DNA from: Fistulifera solaris
Taxonomy: Eukaryota
Reading direction: 5' to 3'
DNA: 64,000 nucleotides
Assembly (NCBI GenBank): GCA_030295235.1
Contig: AP026162.1
Location: forward strand, 1,116,001 to 1,180,000
Shown: piece by piece, positions 60,569 through 64,000 of the stretch
Numbering within the stretch: the first letter of the stretch is position 1
Layout: the number at the start of each line of letters is the position of its first letter
Position numbers and translations under genes: made by a program
The notes under the pieces: generated by a model
What the model saw: the letters and a program-made list of their open reading frames with translations, nothing else
What the model was told of the DNA's origin: nothing
Database searches by the model: none

Positions 60569-62955
60569 ATGAGTGAGAATTCGACGACGACGTCGGCGGG
60601 TCGAGACGACAGCAGCGACCTGTCCGCCGAGGCGCGAACGGGTCGAGAAGGCGCGAGCCCAAGCAATGACGACACGTACATTGTCGAAGCTTTGTTCCGC
60701 AATGGCAAGATTGGCCGTAATGTGGTCTGGCTCGCACCGCCGAGTGACCCTGAAGTCTCATGTCTTCGCGCAGGCGATGTGATCCAATACGAAGACTCGA
60801 CACCAGGCCAAGGTGAAACAATGATCGTTGCGATGGTCATGGAGGTTCAAAGAAGCTTTTCTACGAACTCTGTGGATCTAGTGGTACGTTTTGTGTAGCT
60901 GCTGTTTTGAAAGCAGCAAATGAAGTTATGCTCAACTTTCTTCTTTAACATTAACAGATGAGTAACGACTCGTGGTGCTTGAATAACTATAAATTGAACA
61001 TCCTGGAGCGGGTTGTATATTCCTACGATGAAGCGACAGGCGCCCACAGCAAGCGTTGGGTAAAGTTTCGTTCGACGAAAGACTTTCATTTTATGCAAGA
61101 TTGTTTTTATGACTTTAGCAGCAATAAGATGGTCCGCGTCGATGAGTATACGGGCGAGTACATGAAGGAGATTCGCGCAAACCAACCCCCGCCGTCACCA
61201 AGCGAGAAGGACGATTACGATTCAAGACGATTCCCGCAGTCATCACGGACCGCCACGACAAGGGTTTCTCTCGATTACCGTACTGATCTGGGAACGGTTC
61301 GCGCTCTTCAAGAAGAAGCTACCAATCAGGAACCTGTACTTGATGCCAATTATGAGGATTCCTTGGATCTCGGGCCTGCGTCGGACGACGAAGCGGAGGA
61401 AATCGATAGTGTTGTGGTTGGGGAGGGTAGATCAGAAGCGGGGTTCTCGACGAACTACGCTGAGTGTCCGGAAGACCTTCACCGATGCAGCAAAAGACGA
61501 AAACTGATGGGTGGTCCGGCTGCTAAAAGATACTCTTACTTCTGTACTTGCCCTGTGTGTAATGCAAAAGGTTTCGAGAAGGCTATGTACATATCTTTTG
61601 ACGTCGACGAAGCATTCGTGTACAAAGACACAGAACAGGACGAGTATGATTGTAAACAGCAAGTGATGTTGACTGAAGACAGTTTCCTTTCCCCGGACCA
61701 TAGATTACCGAACGTGTACAGAAAGCAACGAGATCGTCTTCGTCGGCATCTAAAGAAGACGGCAATCCAATTTCCGGATTACTTAGTGCCAGCGATCGCT
61801 TTTCTTCACAGCGAATCAGATGAACTTATAGGGAAAATGACTGTCGGCAAGTTACGATCCAACCAGTTGACCCGGGACGGAGCCAACTCGATTGCATTGG
61901 AATCGGTAAACCATGCAACCGGCCCCCAAGCCCGCCATTCATTGCCTGGTATGAGAGGCGGCAGTGATCCATCCGATCTTTCACCTACCGCCTCGCCGTC
62001 CTATACAAACGGCCTTGGGTTCAGGTCGTTTGCACAACCTGAAGACGGCGCGACTCGAACGATACGCCCACAATGTGCTCCCGGTCCCCAAGCCCGCCTT
62101 CCTTTACCTGGTAATCGAGGCGGTAGTGATCTATCCGATGGTCTGGCTCTTTCACGCACCACCTCGCCGTCTTATACAAACGCTCGGCCATCTGCGCAAC
62201 CTGAAGGCAGTGCGATTCGAATTCTACGCCCACAACGTGCTCCTGGTCCCCAAACCCACCGTCCATTGCATGGTACTAGAGTCGATAGTGATCTGTCCGA
62301 TGTTCCGGCTCTTTCACGCACCGCCTAGCCGTCTTATACAAACGGCCTTGGGTTTAGGTCATTTGCACAACCTGAAGGCGGCGCGACGCAAACGACACGC
62401 CCACAACGTGCTCTCGGTCAACCGCAATTTGATGTCACGACTGAGATGAAAATGCTCACACGACGAGTCCTTACGGCACTAGCGGCAGATTCTACGACTG
62501 GCCGGGCGAGTTTGTCGCAAAATCTGTTCAGCTATTTGGAATACTCCGTACACAAAATTCGCCAGAACATACCCAATGAACACACAGTTGATGAAACTAA
62601 ACTCAACGCAGTAACGTCTTTATTGGACCATGTTTCATTGACAGGGGAGCTGCAGCAGATGTTTCAAAGAGGATTGATCAGACAGGAGGTGCTTCGTATA
62701 ATAGAAGAGGCTGAGGAACGTATGCATCAATGCCTACTAGTCTGTCTCCGCGAGTTTCCACACGCTGTAGAGCGCACCTTCACCGACGGTTCCGACAAGC
62801 TGAGAGAACAGAATTCTCGTTTAAGTTTCAAAATTCTTGCGGTCATTCAGCAAGTGTCAAAAAGTCGTGATGATGCTGTCGAGGTGAATGTGAAAGATGA
62901 ATTCAATCGATTATTGTCGGGCCTCAAGAAGTGTCTGGATGTATTGATTATGTAA
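60569..62955 (+). CDS. Hypothetical protein with CxCxxC motif and three ~54-aa internal repeats; intron 60884-60957; in-frame TAG at 62326-62328
   Basis: A phase-0 GT-AG intron joins ORFs 60569 and 60958. The frame stays open after the TAG and runs into ORF 62446..62955. Confidence 0.65.
61921..62415 (+). repeat. Three coding tandem repeats of 162/162/171 bp
   Basis: Units start GG(C/T)CCCCAA at 61921, 62083 and 62245 and encode GPQ...G..SD......T.SPSYTN....AQPE....RPQ.A. Confidence 0.9.
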
Positions 62956-63444
62956 AAATGATTATAAATAATATGAAGCTCACCGCAATAGTTATTGGAC
63001 TAAAAAATTCACTGTTGTAAGCCTTGTGACAATCAATTGTCACCGAAAGGAAAAAATGGAACACGTGAGTTGATGTCATTTAGCTTTCTGTCTGAAACAA
63101 CAACCGCACACCTCTAGCACGCGGTGTGAAACAGAAGAAAGCGGGACGAGATAACCTACAAGAGGATTAACTGATGAGGTATGAGGTGCGACGTGCGAAT
63201 CATCGACGAAATAGAACACGCATCGCAGGAATTACAGCAACTGAAGACTTTATCTTGTGAATTTGCTCGACATCATCAAGTTTTTTGTGATCTAGAGACG
63301 AAGAAATAGAGATCCTGCTTGTAAACCTCAATTGATTACTGACGACAGCAGCAATCAATACATGGTCATCTCTTTCTTCTGCGACGTCATATTAGCGAAG
63401 CCTTGGGCGCCCTCCGTTTTCTCCGTCCTTCCACGACAAGAGAC

Positions 63445-63596
63445 AAGAAAAAGGAAACTTTTTATCCAGAATGACATGTAAGGCAATGTTAATGCAATCT
63501 CCCCTAGAAAGGGAGCAGTAGAAACACTATGTCGAATTTCTCAAACAACGCTAGAACATCCATTTTCTCAAGTGACTGTACCAGTTATTTGTTCAT
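63445..63596 (-). pseudogene. Truncated, indel-disrupted 5' fragment of the wax synthase gene
   Basis: Homologous to 59881-60051 with a deletion, indels and an early stop; homology ends abruptly at ~63445. Confidence 0.75.
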
Positions 63597-63997
63597 TGTC
63601 GATTGTATGCGATCAAATGAATCTCTTCAAATAAATATATTATAATCATCATCTTCAGTCATCATTTCTCATGGTGGTCGGCATTCGGCATCGGCATTCA
63701 TTCGTTTGAATATATCAATCATCGTCTCATGTCTCATCGCGACGTGCACCGTCCTTTACTAGTACTACATAGCTAAAAACGTGTTCCGTTGCTAGCTATA
63801 TAGATTTTCCTACTCTTGACTTTCTCCAGATAACTGGCAAGACAGAAAGAAAACATGAGGTATCAGCTAAGGTGTACTTTCACCGTGACGACTACTATAA
63901 TGCAACTAGTGAGAAACAACAAACCGTTAACTTCGAGTTCCGCGAACCGTTTTTCTGGATCCTTTTTCCGCATCCACTTTCCCCATCGCCGTCGTAG
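63445..63997. repeat. Segmental duplication, copy B; probably continues beyond the window
   Basis: Matches 59881-60447 with small indels; offset about 3550-3564 bp. Confidence 0.95.
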
Positions 63998-64000
63998 ACT

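Overview
Gene-dense eukaryotic nuclear DNA, most likely from a diatom or related stramenopile. This is inferred from short GT-AG introns of about 60-90 nt, compact intergenic spacers, bipartite plastid-type N-termini and the mix of eukaryotic and bacterial-type genes. About 33 protein-coding loci are recognisable, mostly housekeeping: RPL13A, P5CR, HisG, organellar L25, MCM10, GcvH, RsmE, GPx, INTS6, TRM61, double-domain ArsA/GET3, MCM5, SpoU, SfsA, Exo84, NECAP, a sulfotransferase, an MFS transporter, TMEM163, eIF3M, an EXD1-like nuclease and a wax synthase. Many, including essential genes, carry single-base frameshifts, most simply explained as assembly indel errors. Notable non-coding structure: (1) a ~1.85 kb hierarchical 35/70/140-bp palindromic satellite between gcvH and rsmE; (2) a 22-bp hairpin motif TCATGACTGnnnTGCAGTCGTG at three intergenic loci, often spaced ~205 bp apart; (3) a ~3.55-kb-period segmental duplication at the right end. 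Notable proteins: an orphan with NAC/CG-1-like motifs, INTS6 fused to a WW domain, a bacterial-type SfsA nuclease, and an EXD1-KH protein with altered catalytic residues. All family calls come from motif recognition by eye; no database search was run.
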